Shown here piece by piece: positions 1-6,764 of a stretch of DNA of 27,313 bases (position 1 is the first letter of the stretch; every line of letters starts with the position of its first letter). Under the pieces are notes generated by a model, which saw only the letters and a program-made list of their open reading frames with translations, had not been told where the DNA came from and did not search any database. The position numbers and the translations under genes were made by a program. The DNA is from Alphaproteobacteria bacterium (GTDB taxonomy: Bacteria > Pseudomonadota > Alphaproteobacteria > Micavibrionales > SZUA-601). The DNA is taken from positions 1 to 27,313 of the forward strand of contig DASWYT010000146.1 of the NCBI GenBank assembly GCA_036404835.1, written 5' to 3'.

Positions 1-32
1 TTCAATCTTAATTAGGGTTAACACCAATATAA

Positions 33-61
33 ATTATAGCAATATATTCCTATTTTGTCAA
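33..61 (-). promoter_or_regulatory. Perfect-consensus sigma70 promoter firing leftward out of the window
   Basis: Minus strand reads TTGACA (61-56), 17 nt, TATAAT (38-33). Confidence 0.8.
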
Positions 62-67
62 TATCAA

Positions 68-89
68 TATGCTTGACCGCTCAAGCATA
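68..89. repeat. 9-bp perfect inverted repeat overlapping the transposase -35 box (candidate operator)
   Basis: TATGCTTGA-CCGC-TCAAGCATA. Confidence 0.7.
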
Positions 90-101
90 GTGTACTATAC
101 T
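73..101 (+). promoter_or_regulatory. sigma70 promoter of the transposase, probably leaderless
   Basis: TTGACC (73-78), 17 nt, TATACT (96-101), 6 nt, then ATG at 108. Confidence 0.7.
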
Positions 102-107
102 GATCCC

Positions 108-923
108 ATGAACCGGAAGTCTACCGCAGAACGCGCCAAGATACTTCAGTTGCTAGTCGAGGGTAATTCCCTCCGGGCGACCAGCCGGATTGCTGACTGC
201 TCTATTAACACCGTCTACAAGCTGTTCGCCGATGCCGGTGAAGCATGTAACTGGTACCAAGACCAGGTTCTACGTAATCTGACCTGCCAGCGGATAGAGG
301 TCGACGAGATATGGTCCTTTGTTTATGCGCGTCGCCAGAACGTCAGACCTGATATGGAAGTACCCGCTGGTGATATCTGGACCTGGACCGCTCTATGCCC
401 TGATACCAAGCTGATGGTCTCCTGGTACATCGGCAATCGTGACAGGGCAGCTGCTGAACAGTTTATGCTGGACCTGTGTCAGAGATTCCAGAACCGTATT
501 CAGCTCACCTCTGATGGCATGCCAGCCTATAAGGATGCGGTGGATAATGCCTTTGGCTCTGAAGTCGATTTTGCCATGTTAGTTAAGCAGTATAGCATTC
601 CAAAAGGGAAGCAACTAAGTGGTCCATATACCGGTGCTATACAAGAGCGTCGTATTGGTAACCCCGACATGTCAAAGGCCCGGACAACCTTCGTAGAGCG
701 TCACAACTTAACCATGCGTACCAATATCAAGCGGTTCACCAGAAGAACTAATGCTCATAGCAAAAAGATAGAAAACCACGCCTATGCTGTGGCATTGCAC
801 TGTATGTATTACAACTTCGTCCGCATACACAGTTCTCTAAAAGTAACCCCGGCCATGGCAGCCGGGGTGACCAATAAGCTCTGGTCTCTTCAGGACCTGG
901 TCGATATGATCGACAGCTATTAA
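108..923 (+). CDS. IS1-family DDE transposase, single ORF with N-terminal HTH and no zinc ribbon (ISMhu11-like)
   Basis: HTH-like EGNSLRATSRIADCSINTV; catalytic-type motifs RIEVDEIW, LTSDG, ERHNLTMR; C-terminal YNFVRIHSSLKVTPAMAAG. Start moved from 69 to 108 because ATG69 lies upstream of the -35 box. Confidence 0.88.
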   Translation: MNRKSTAERAKILQLLVEGNSLRATSRIADCSINTVYKLFADAGEACNWYQDQVLRNLTCQRIEVDEIWSFVYARRQNVRPDMEVPAGDIWTWTALCPDTKLMVSWYIGNRDRAAAEQFMLDLCQRFQNRIQLTSDGMPAYKDAVDNAFGSEVDFAMLVKQYSIPKGKQLSGPYTGAIQERRIGNPDMSKARTTFVERHNLTMRTNIKRFTRRTNAHSKKIENHAYAVALHCMYYNFVRIHSSLKVTPAMAAGVTNKLWSLQDLVDMIDSY

Positions 924-926
924 AAT

Positions 927-1256
927 CTATTTCTTACACTTTTTCTCTTTTTCTATGACCGTCAGATAATCCAATCGTTCATTTGCTGCTTTAGTGGCGT
1001 TTGTATAATTGGATTGTTTCGCCATGACGTTGAATGGGAACCACAGCAGACCATCGACTACATCGGCACCGGTCATGTCTTCCTTGTCCTGATTAACGCC
1101 ATCAATAACGGATTGAGCTTTCACCTTCTCCATTTTGATACCGGGACAGTCCAGGTACTCATCAGCACTTTTTGAAACCTGCAAGACATCATGACTGGCA
1201 CTATTGGCACAGGCTGATAGCAACAAGGCAGATACGATAATAAGGGGGTATTTCAT
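927..1256 (-). CDS. Small lipoprotein of unknown function (IS passenger)
   Basis: Signal peptide with lipobox LSAC; SD AGGAG at 1268-1264, 7 nt before the ATG; convergent with the transposase (3-nt gap). Confidence 0.8.
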   Translation of the reverse strand: MKYPLIIVSALLLSACANSASHDVLQVSKSADEYLDCPGIKMEKVKAQSVIDGVNQDKEDMTGADVVDGLLWFPFNVMAKQSNYTNATKAANERLDYLTVIEKEKKCKK

Positions 1257-1263
1257 ATTTTAG

Positions 1264-1381
1264 CTCCTCGCTCTGGTGATCGGGGAGTTAGAAAAACCCT
1301 ATGAGAGGTTGTGCTTGTCTTTACGTTCCCTTGCGGTTCGGCTGGACATACACAAGCACCTCCCCGACCAAGATCGAGGAG
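1264..1381 (-). ncRNA. Structured RNA resembling phage C4 antisense RNA, in the lipoprotein leader
   Basis: Helices 1264-1270/1375-1381, 1274-1277/1367-1370, 1281-1287/1360-1366 and 1311-1318/1352-1359; CCGCAAGG (GNRA) hairpin at 1336-1329; unpaired CUCAUAGGGUUUUUCUAA complementary to 1412-1430. Confidence 0.55.
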
Positions 1382-1416
1382 TGTTTTTTATTAACGACGA
1401 CACTGACGCCGCTCAT
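1321..1416 (-). CDS. Possible 31-aa leader peptide (MSGVSVVVNKKHSSILVGEVLVYVQPNRKGT)
   Basis: Open frame from ATG 1416 to TAA 1323-1321. The start codon lies in the 1412-1418 pairing site. Only a distant GGGGA as SD. Confidence 0.25.
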   Translation of the reverse strand: MSGVSVVVNKKHSSILVGEVLVYVQPNRKGT

Positions 1417-1457
1417 AGAGAGGTTTCTAATCCCCAAAGCCAGGGAAATCCCGGCTT
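1412..1457 (-). promoter_or_regulatory. Candidate C4 target site (a1/b1-like) preceded by a small hairpin
   Basis: Minus strand GGGGATTAGAAACCTCTCTATGAG (1435-1412) is complementary to 1305-1282; hairpin AAGCC-A-GGG-AAAT-CCC-GGCTT at 1437-1457. Confidence 0.5.
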
Positions 1458-1546
1458 CACCTAATAGGATAAATACTTCTTTATTAATGATTTAATAATT
1501 TATAGATAGCAATTTTATTTATGCTTTATTTTCAATGGAGTTTTTT

Positions 1547-1837
1547 ATGCCTGATAGAGAATTAGAAGAAATACTCAATGCTTTTGTTAGTTCTCACCGC
1601 TCTAGTGGAGAGATTATTTATTTACTCGTCAGTCTTCTCCATCATCGGGGCCTTCTCTTTGATAACGATCTACAAGCTCTAAAAGTTTGTTTTCAAGATT
1701 TTTTACAGGCCCAGGGCCAAACCCCCGACAGTCTATCTTATATACCCTATCAAAGTTTCGTGGATAGTTTTGAGAACAAAGAAGACGGCCCAAAAAGGCC
1801 AATCCTAACTGTAATAGATGGTGGGAAGAAAAATTAA
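1547..1837 (+). CDS. Hypothetical protein (IS passenger) with C-terminal RPILTVIDGGKKN
   Basis: AT-rich ORF; GGAG at 1537-1540 favours ATG1547 over ATG1535. Confidence 0.65.
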   Translation: MPDRELEEILNAFVSSHRSSGEIIYLLVSLLHHRGLLFDNDLQALKVCFQDFLQAQGQTPDSLSYIPYQSFVDSFENKEDGPKRPILTVIDGGKKN

Positions 1838-1850
1838 CCATTTAGAGTGA

Positions 1851-1869
1851 TTCAAACTGAGTCAGTACC
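1851..1869 (-). repeat. Right terminal inverted repeat of the IS1-family element
   Basis: Read inward it is GGTACTGACTCAGTTTGAA; the first 11 nt match IS1 IRR (GGTAATGACTC, from memory) at 10 of 11 positions. Confidence 0.7.
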
Positions 1870-1873
1870 TTCA

Positions 1874-1889
1874 TGGCATATTTTTTGCA
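1874..1889 (+). promoter_or_regulatory. sigma54 (-24/-12) promoter motif
   Basis: TGGCAT-ATTTT-TTGCA fits TGGCAY-N5-TTGCW; lies about 40 nt before ATG1929. Confidence 0.7.
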
Positions 1890-1928
1890 CATGATATCCG
1901 TTGACCTACATCAAAAATGAGGAAAATC

Positions 1929-2249
1929 ATGGATATTTCAGGTGTCAGCAGCCCGTCTTACGGGACATCCGTGCCGACGACCCGGCAAAATGCTCCCGGT
2001 ACGGTGCGCGGGGTCGGTGACAGTCCGGTCGTTCAGGAATTCACAGAGTACATGAAAAAATCCCCTGCCGAGCGCATGATGGATGACTGGCTGCGCGCCC
2101 ATGGCATGACCAAGGAAGAATTCGACGCATTAGGCCCGGAGGAAAAACAAAAAATCCTGGAAGAAATGAAACAGGATATCGAAGAGAAAATGAAAGAGAA
2201 AGCCGCCGAAGGTGCCGCGCCCGGTTCCTTTATCGATCTGCTGAGTTAA
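1929..2249 (+). CDS. Small hypothetical protein with Ser/Thr-rich N-terminus and helical C-half
   Basis: SD GAGGA before ATG1929; MDISGVSSPSYG start; EFTEYMKKSPAERM...EEFDAL helical block; ends GSFIDLLS. Confidence 0.8.
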   Translation: MDISGVSSPSYGTSVPTTRQNAPGTVRGVGDSPVVQEFTEYMKKSPAERMMDDWLRAHGMTKEEFDALGPEEKQKILEEMKQDIEEKMKEKAAEGAAPGSFIDLLS

Positions 2250-3094
2250 CCGGACTTGCCCGTGATCGCTGCTTTCAGTGCCGGAAAATTCTTTTCCGCG
2301 CATAATAGCCAATTATTTTTCATCTTCCAATTATCCTTGAAATCACTGATGGCAAACGAATCCAGGATACGATCCTCTTCCAGCAAGCGAATCTGATAAC
2401 CGACCCGTCTGGCAATGACAACTGAGGCTGCAACATCCCAGATCGAAAATTTCGCCGAAAGAATTGCGCCATACACCTGGCCTGTCAGGGCCGCATGAAA
2501 CCCATGCAAAGCGGATTCTGGTTTTTTCATTGAAAAACCATTTACATTTATAATATCATCCCGACCTAATTTCTGTCCGGCATGATCTTTTATAAATATC
2601 TGCGCGTCGATTGGCTTTATGACTTCATGAATATCTGCCGTCATTTCGTCCGGCGTACCGACATTTCTGATATGCCAGGCCTTTGTCGCATCTGCGACCA
2701 GCATCTCGCGAATAGCCGGCAAATAAATAATTCCTGCAACAGGCATCCCATGTTTCAGGATTCCCATGGATATTCCCCACAGATTACGGCCGGCTGCATA
2801 GCCCGATGTTCCGTCAATCGGGTCAAATGCCCATTGATATGTCGATTGCGCAAATACATCGGCAGGAATGCCTACATTTGTGATGCTCTCTTCATCCAAG
2901 AGAATATGATCAGGTTGATCAAACCAGTGTTTCAAACGCTCCTGCGCCAATTTTGAAATCGCCAGATCGGTTTCCGTAACGATCTGTTCGGCTTCTTTAT
3001 AAGATACTTTAGCCGATTTTTGCGTCTGCACAGCAAGTTTACCTGCCTCCAGCAAAAGATCTTCTATATCTTTCAAGGCGGCTGTTACATCCAT
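2246..3094 (-). CDS. Inositol monophosphatase-family protein
   Basis: Motifs QIVTETDL, DEES, DPIDGT, WDVAA. Confidence 0.9.
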   Translation of the reverse strand: MDVTAALKDIEDLLLEAGKLAVQTQKSAKVSYKEAEQIVTETDLAISKLAQERLKHWFDQPDHILLDEESITNVGIPADVFAQSTYQWAFDPIDGTSGYAAGRNLWGISMGILKHGMPVAGIIYLPAIREMLVADATKAWHIRNVGTPDEMTADIHEVIKPIDAQIFIKDHAGQKLGRDDIINVNGFSMKKPESALHGFHAALTGQVYGAILSAKFSIWDVAASVVIARRVGYQIRLLEEDRILDSFAISDFKDNWKMKNNWLLCAEKNFPALKAAITGKSG

Positions 3095-3101
3095 TGCAAT
3101 C

Positions 3102-3755
3102 TCACTCCGTACAATTGATCCCAGCCTGCTCCAGCATCTTGACGATGGATGGATCAGCCAGAGATTCCTGGACGGCCTGCCAGATATCCAGATTTAAACG
3201 CGCCCAGCGCATATAGTCTTTTTTGGCGAGGGCAGAGTAGAAATAAATATCCTGATCGACCAGTTTGCTTTGTTCGCCAACGATACGGCCGGACAGCTTA
3301 CGGATGCTGGAATTATTCTGCGCAATAAAACGCGGTGCAAACATCACCGGCGTTGTCGGCAGGATTTTGAACAAACAATCCGCATCGGATAAAGCTTTTG
3401 CTTCTAAGGATAAATGGTCACCGCCACGATTTAATTCACCGGTCAGGACGATATTTTCAATCAAACCGATCAGGGCCGCTGAAAAACCGCATTCATGTAG
3501 GATTTCTTCACGTATCTCCTGACCCGCTTCCGGAGACGACCATTGATTGCGTTTCGCCAGATAATTCAAATCATGCACCAGCGCTGCTGCCTGGGCCAGG
3601 TTTTTATTGGCACCCAGATCATCGGCGAAAATCGCCGTTTTTGTATAGACGAATTCAATATGGTGCCAGCCATGGAACGGTAGATCATCGACCGAGGCGT
3701 AAAGCTCTTTGACTGTCTTATAAAGCGCCTGCAGCTGATCGGTGGTGATGGTCAT
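3102..3755 (-). CDS. HD-domain phosphohydrolase
   Basis: HGWHH...AALVHDL...LSDAD metal-binding pattern. Confidence 0.85.
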   Translation of the reverse strand: MTITTDQLQALYKTVKELYASVDDLPFHGWHHIEFVYTKTAIFADDLGANKNLAQAAALVHDLNYLAKRNQWSSPEAGQEIREEILHECGFSAALIGLIENIVLTGELNRGGDHLSLEAKALSDADCLFKILPTTPVMFAPRFIAQNNSSIRKLSGRIVGEQSKLVDQDIYFYSALAKKDYMRWARLNLDIWQAVQESLADPSIVKMLEQAGINCTE

Positions 3756-3759
3756 CTTA

Positions 3760-4257
3760 TCATTCCTGCGGGAAAGCGTTTTTCAGGACCTGACGCAAGG
3801 TCATGTGTGCTTTGTCGCTGCCATAGATGATATCATCGATCTGCCAGACGCCGTTGATGTTTTTCAGTTTCAGACGGTCCGTCCAGCTGGCTTCCGGCGT
3901 GTCCGGGAAAATATAGGCGATGATCGCCTCGCCTTTACGGCGCTGATAAGTGATATCGTCGACACGGCAGAATGGCGCGTGATCCTGATAGGATTGATAC
4001 GGAATACCATCACCCAGCGGCGGCTTCTCATTCGGATAGGCTCGGGCGATCACACTGTTTTTATTTTCTGCCTTGCGGATAGCTTTCAACAGGCTGGTCG
4101 TTGCCAGCGGCTTGAAATGCGGCGCGAAAATATCACGGCGGCTGCTATCGATGAAATTGCAGAATTCACGGGCCACTTCATTCGGCGAACGATACTCCAC
4201 GGCCAGGGCCGGTGTCGTGAGACACATCATCATCGCAAAGGTCAGAATTTTCCGCAT
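3760..4257 (-). CDS. Secreted protein, YbjP/DUF3828-like
   Basis: Signal peptide ending ALA; C-terminal WTDRL...GVWQIDDIIY...TLRQVL pattern. SD AGGAG favours ATG4257. Confidence 0.6.
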   Translation of the reverse strand: MRKILTFAMMMCLTTPALAVEYRSPNEVAREFCNFIDSSRRDIFAPHFKPLATTSLLKAIRKAENKNSVIARAYPNEKPPLGDGIPYQSYQDHAPFCRVDDITYQRRKGEAIIAYIFPDTPEASWTDRLKLKNINGVWQIDDIIYGSDKAHMTLRQVLKNAFPQE

Positions 4258-4303
4258 CGCCACTCTCCTGTTATGCCGTTTATGAGAGCATAAAACGCCC
4301 CAT

Positions 4304-4332
4304 AAAAAAAGCCCGGATAAACCGGGCTTTTT
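4304..4332. terminator. Rho-independent terminator (bidirectional shape) after the 351-aa lipoprotein gene
   Basis: AAAAAGCCCGG-ATAAA-CCGGGCTTTTT with a 7-U tail on the minus strand. Confidence 0.85.
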
Positions 4333-4349
4333 CGGAATATTTTGACCGC

Positions 4350-5405
4350 TTAATTCAGCGATTTCATTTTCTTGATCAGGGCGCCGCGCGCATCGGTGAT
4401 GGCGTCATTAGCTGCCGCTGTATAATCCGCCGGGCGGGCCGCGAATTCATAGTTGCGGGTTGCGTTGGTCCCGACACCACCGAGAACACCGATCACATTG
4501 GCAACACCCTGCATGGTTTTATCCGTACCGGTGGTGGCATCGGTGACATCCGCGAATGGTTTGTCAGAGGTAACGGGCTGGCCCAGAGCGACGACACCGA
4601 TCTTGCTGCTGAATGTACCAGCCTGGCCGCCGATAATGCCGATCTTGGTTCCTTCCGGCACCACGGTCAGGCCCTGGCCCACCGCAATGGAGGATGACGT
4701 GCGCGCCCAGCCGCCATAACCTTCAGCATTGGCGAAATCGACCAGATAGACGGCATGGATAATGCGCGGACCACCTTTATCGGCAATCGTCGCAGCCGCC
4801 GTCATCGGATTACCGAAAGCGAAACCGCCGCTGAGGGCCGGGATATCACCCATAAAGACTTTCATCTTGCCGTTAAAGCTGGATGGCGCGAAATATTTGG
4901 TAATCGTGCCACGGCTGAAAATACCGCCAGTCGTGTCTTCATATGGTGATTCATAATCTTTGGTTTCGGCAAAGTCTTTGTTGTTCAGCAAAGTGGAACG
5001 GTCGACAACATTGTAACCGGCCGCTTTCAGGTCTTTCAGGAAAGCGTCATAGGCTTTGTCGGTGATGGATTGCAAGGTCGCATCATTAATACCGTTCAGA
5101 TTGCTGTGCGCGGTGGATTTACCGCCCATGCCATTGCCCAGCAGACCGCCGCCGGCTTTGGCGCTGTCGGTTTTCTGCGTCAGGAAGCCGACGGAGAATG
5201 CACCGATGACGACATCATTTGTGCCCTTGAACGCTTCTGGAGTGGTGGCGATGACACTGTCATTTTTGGCCAGGCCGAACAGGCCGCCTTTGCGCTCGGC
5301 ACCTTGTGTGATGCTGTCGGTTGCAGATGGACCGCCAACACAGGCCGCCAGCAGCAACGCTGCAACTGACAGGCTCAGAATGTTTTTGAATATAGGGGCT
5401 TTCAT
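4350..5405 (-). CDS. Lipoprotein of unknown function
   Basis: Lipobox LAAC, SD GAGGA, long Gly/Ala/Thr-rich ORF with its own terminator. Confidence 0.8.
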   Translation of the reverse strand: MKAPIFKNILSLSVAALLLAACVGGPSATDSITQGAERKGGLFGLAKNDSVIATTPEAFKGTNDVVIGAFSVGFLTQKTDSAKAGGGLLGNGMGGKSTAHSNLNGINDATLQSITDKAYDAFLKDLKAAGYNVVDRSTLLNNKDFAETKDYESPYEDTTGGIFSRGTITKYFAPSSFNGKMKVFMGDIPALSGGFAFGNPMTAAATIADKGGPRIIHAVYLVDFANAEGYGGWARTSSSIAVGQGLTVVPEGTKIGIIGGQAGTFSSKIGVVALGQPVTSDKPFADVTDATTGTDKTMQGVANVIGVLGGVGTNATRNYEFAARPADYTAAANDAITDARGALIKKMKSLN

Positions 5406-5524
5406 ATGGATTTCCTCTTCCTATTGGTTTTCAAATCCCATCGGGATAAGAATTTTATGCCTTGTTTTTAAAAGTGTGACAAGGTACCAATAAGTTAACA
5501 AATAACCGCGGAAAATAGATCATC

Positions 5525-5950
5525 ATGAGCTGGCTTGCCTGGTGCCTTGTCGTTATCGTCAGCAGTGTCAATTACCAGACATCGATGAAGATCTTTTCCG
5601 GCCGCCTGCCGATTTTTGTCTATACGACCATCGCCAGTGTCAGCATGCTGGTCATCAGCCTGATCGCATTGGCCATGACTTATAAACCGGACGATCTGGC
5701 CGCCCTGAACCAGAAAAATGTCCTGCTGGCCCTGTGGCTGGGGATTGCCTGTTTCATGATCGAATTCGGTTTTTATTTCCTATATAAAAACAACGCCCCG
5801 ATCTCGCTGGCGCGTATGATCACCCTGGCCGGCAGCGCCATTATTTTATTGCTGATCGGTATTCTCTTTTTCAAAGAGCGGCTTACCTTGAACCAGATCA
5901 TCGGCATGCTTTTTTCCATGCTGGGCCTGATCATGATTATCCGGAAATAA
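5525..5950 (+). CDS. DMT/EamA-like small membrane transporter
   Basis: 4-5 hydrophobic helices; C-terminal LLIGILFFKERLTLNQIIGMLFSMLGL is typical of the DMT superfamily. Confidence 0.8.
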   Translation: MSWLAWCLVVIVSSVNYQTSMKIFSGRLPIFVYTTIASVSMLVISLIALAMTYKPDDLAALNQKNVLLALWLGIACFMIEFGFYFLYKNNAPISLARMITLAGSAIILLLIGILFFKERLTLNQIIGMLFSMLGLIMIIRK

Positions 5951-5972
5951 CTTTTCAGAAAGGTATGTTGTT

Positions 5973-6755
5973 ATGCTGAAACCACTCCGTATCCTTTGCA
6001 CCTTTTCCATTCTGTTCGCGACCGCCGCCTGCAGTTCCGGCGTATCCAGCTATGCCGATACACCGATGGGCGGCACAGTGCCAACAGCAACGGCAACACA
6101 ACCAGCCCATAGCGCCGCCACCGCCATAACCCCTGCTCCGGCAACACCGGTCAATAGCAGCGGTGATTATCTCTGCGGTGACCAGCGTGTTACCTTTACG
6201 GCCAATGATCATACGGGCGATTTGCAGATCGCCAATACAGCCTATGCGATGCAACAGGTTGTTGCGGCTTCCGGCGCAAAATATGAGAATCTGGGTGATA
6301 GCAGCACTGTTTTCTGGTCAAAAGGCACGAACGCATTGCTGATCGTCAAAGGCCAGGATTACCCGCAATGCAAACAGACCGCCCCTGTGCAAAAAGAAAA
6401 AGTGCAATCACCGGACGGCTTGCGTGAGATCAACTGGATTTTGGAAGATATCAACAATACCGGCGTGATCGATAATTCCCACATCACATTGAAATTTACC
6501 AAAGAAGGTCGTGTTTACGGCAATGCGGGCTGCAATTCTTATAATGGTCAATATGAACTGGATGACCAGAACCTGATCATCGGTACAAATATGATCAGCA
6601 CGATGATGGCCTGTGTTGCCCCGGCGATGATGGAACAGGAAAACCGCTATAAAACCTTATTGCCGCAAATGAAAAAAGTGCAGTTGCTGAAAAACGGCGC
6701 GCTGGTGCTGATGGCCAATGACGGCCGCATCCTGCGCTTCATGCCGGAAGGTTAA
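5973..6755 (+). CDS. Lipoprotein with MliC (lysozyme inhibitor) and META domains
   Basis: Lipobox TAAC; Pro/Thr/Ala linker; MliC motifs ASGAKY and FWSKG with a Cys pair; META motifs WILEDI, GNAGCNSYNGQY, STMMAC. Confidence 0.85.
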   Translation: MLKPLRILCTFSILFATAACSSGVSSYADTPMGGTVPTATATQPAHSAATAITPAPATPVNSSGDYLCGDQRVTFTANDHTGDLQIANTAYAMQQVVAASGAKYENLGDSSTVFWSKGTNALLIVKGQDYPQCKQTAPVQKEKVQSPDGLREINWILEDINNTGVIDNSHITLKFTKEGRVYGNAGCNSYNGQYELDDQNLIIGTNMISTMMACVAPAMMEQENRYKTLLPQMKKVQLLKNGALVLMANDGRILRFMPEG

Positions 6756-6764
6756 GCAAACAGA

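Larger units (their letters stand above)
1..1869. mobile_element. IS1-family element with passenger genes (right part only; left end is outside the window)
   Basis: Contains an IS1-type DDE transposase (108-923), two AT-rich passenger ORFs and a terminal sequence at 1851-1869 matching the IS1 IR start. No matching left IR in 1-107. Confidence 0.7.

Noticed and set aside
8-22. CtrA-like box TTAA-N6-TTAAC
   Set aside because: Spacing is 6, not the canonical 7.
69-107. ATG69 as transposase start
   Set aside because: It lies upstream of the predicted -35, within the palindrome; the family-like N-terminus begins at MNRKS (108).
754-760. CTCATAG in the transposase as a second target for the C4-like loop
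   Set aside because: A single 7-mer with no flanking complementarity is expected by chance.
1276-1495. Plus-strand ORFs 1276-1464 and 1301-1495
   Set aside because: No SD or motif; they overlie the structured RNA and are better explained as incidental frames.
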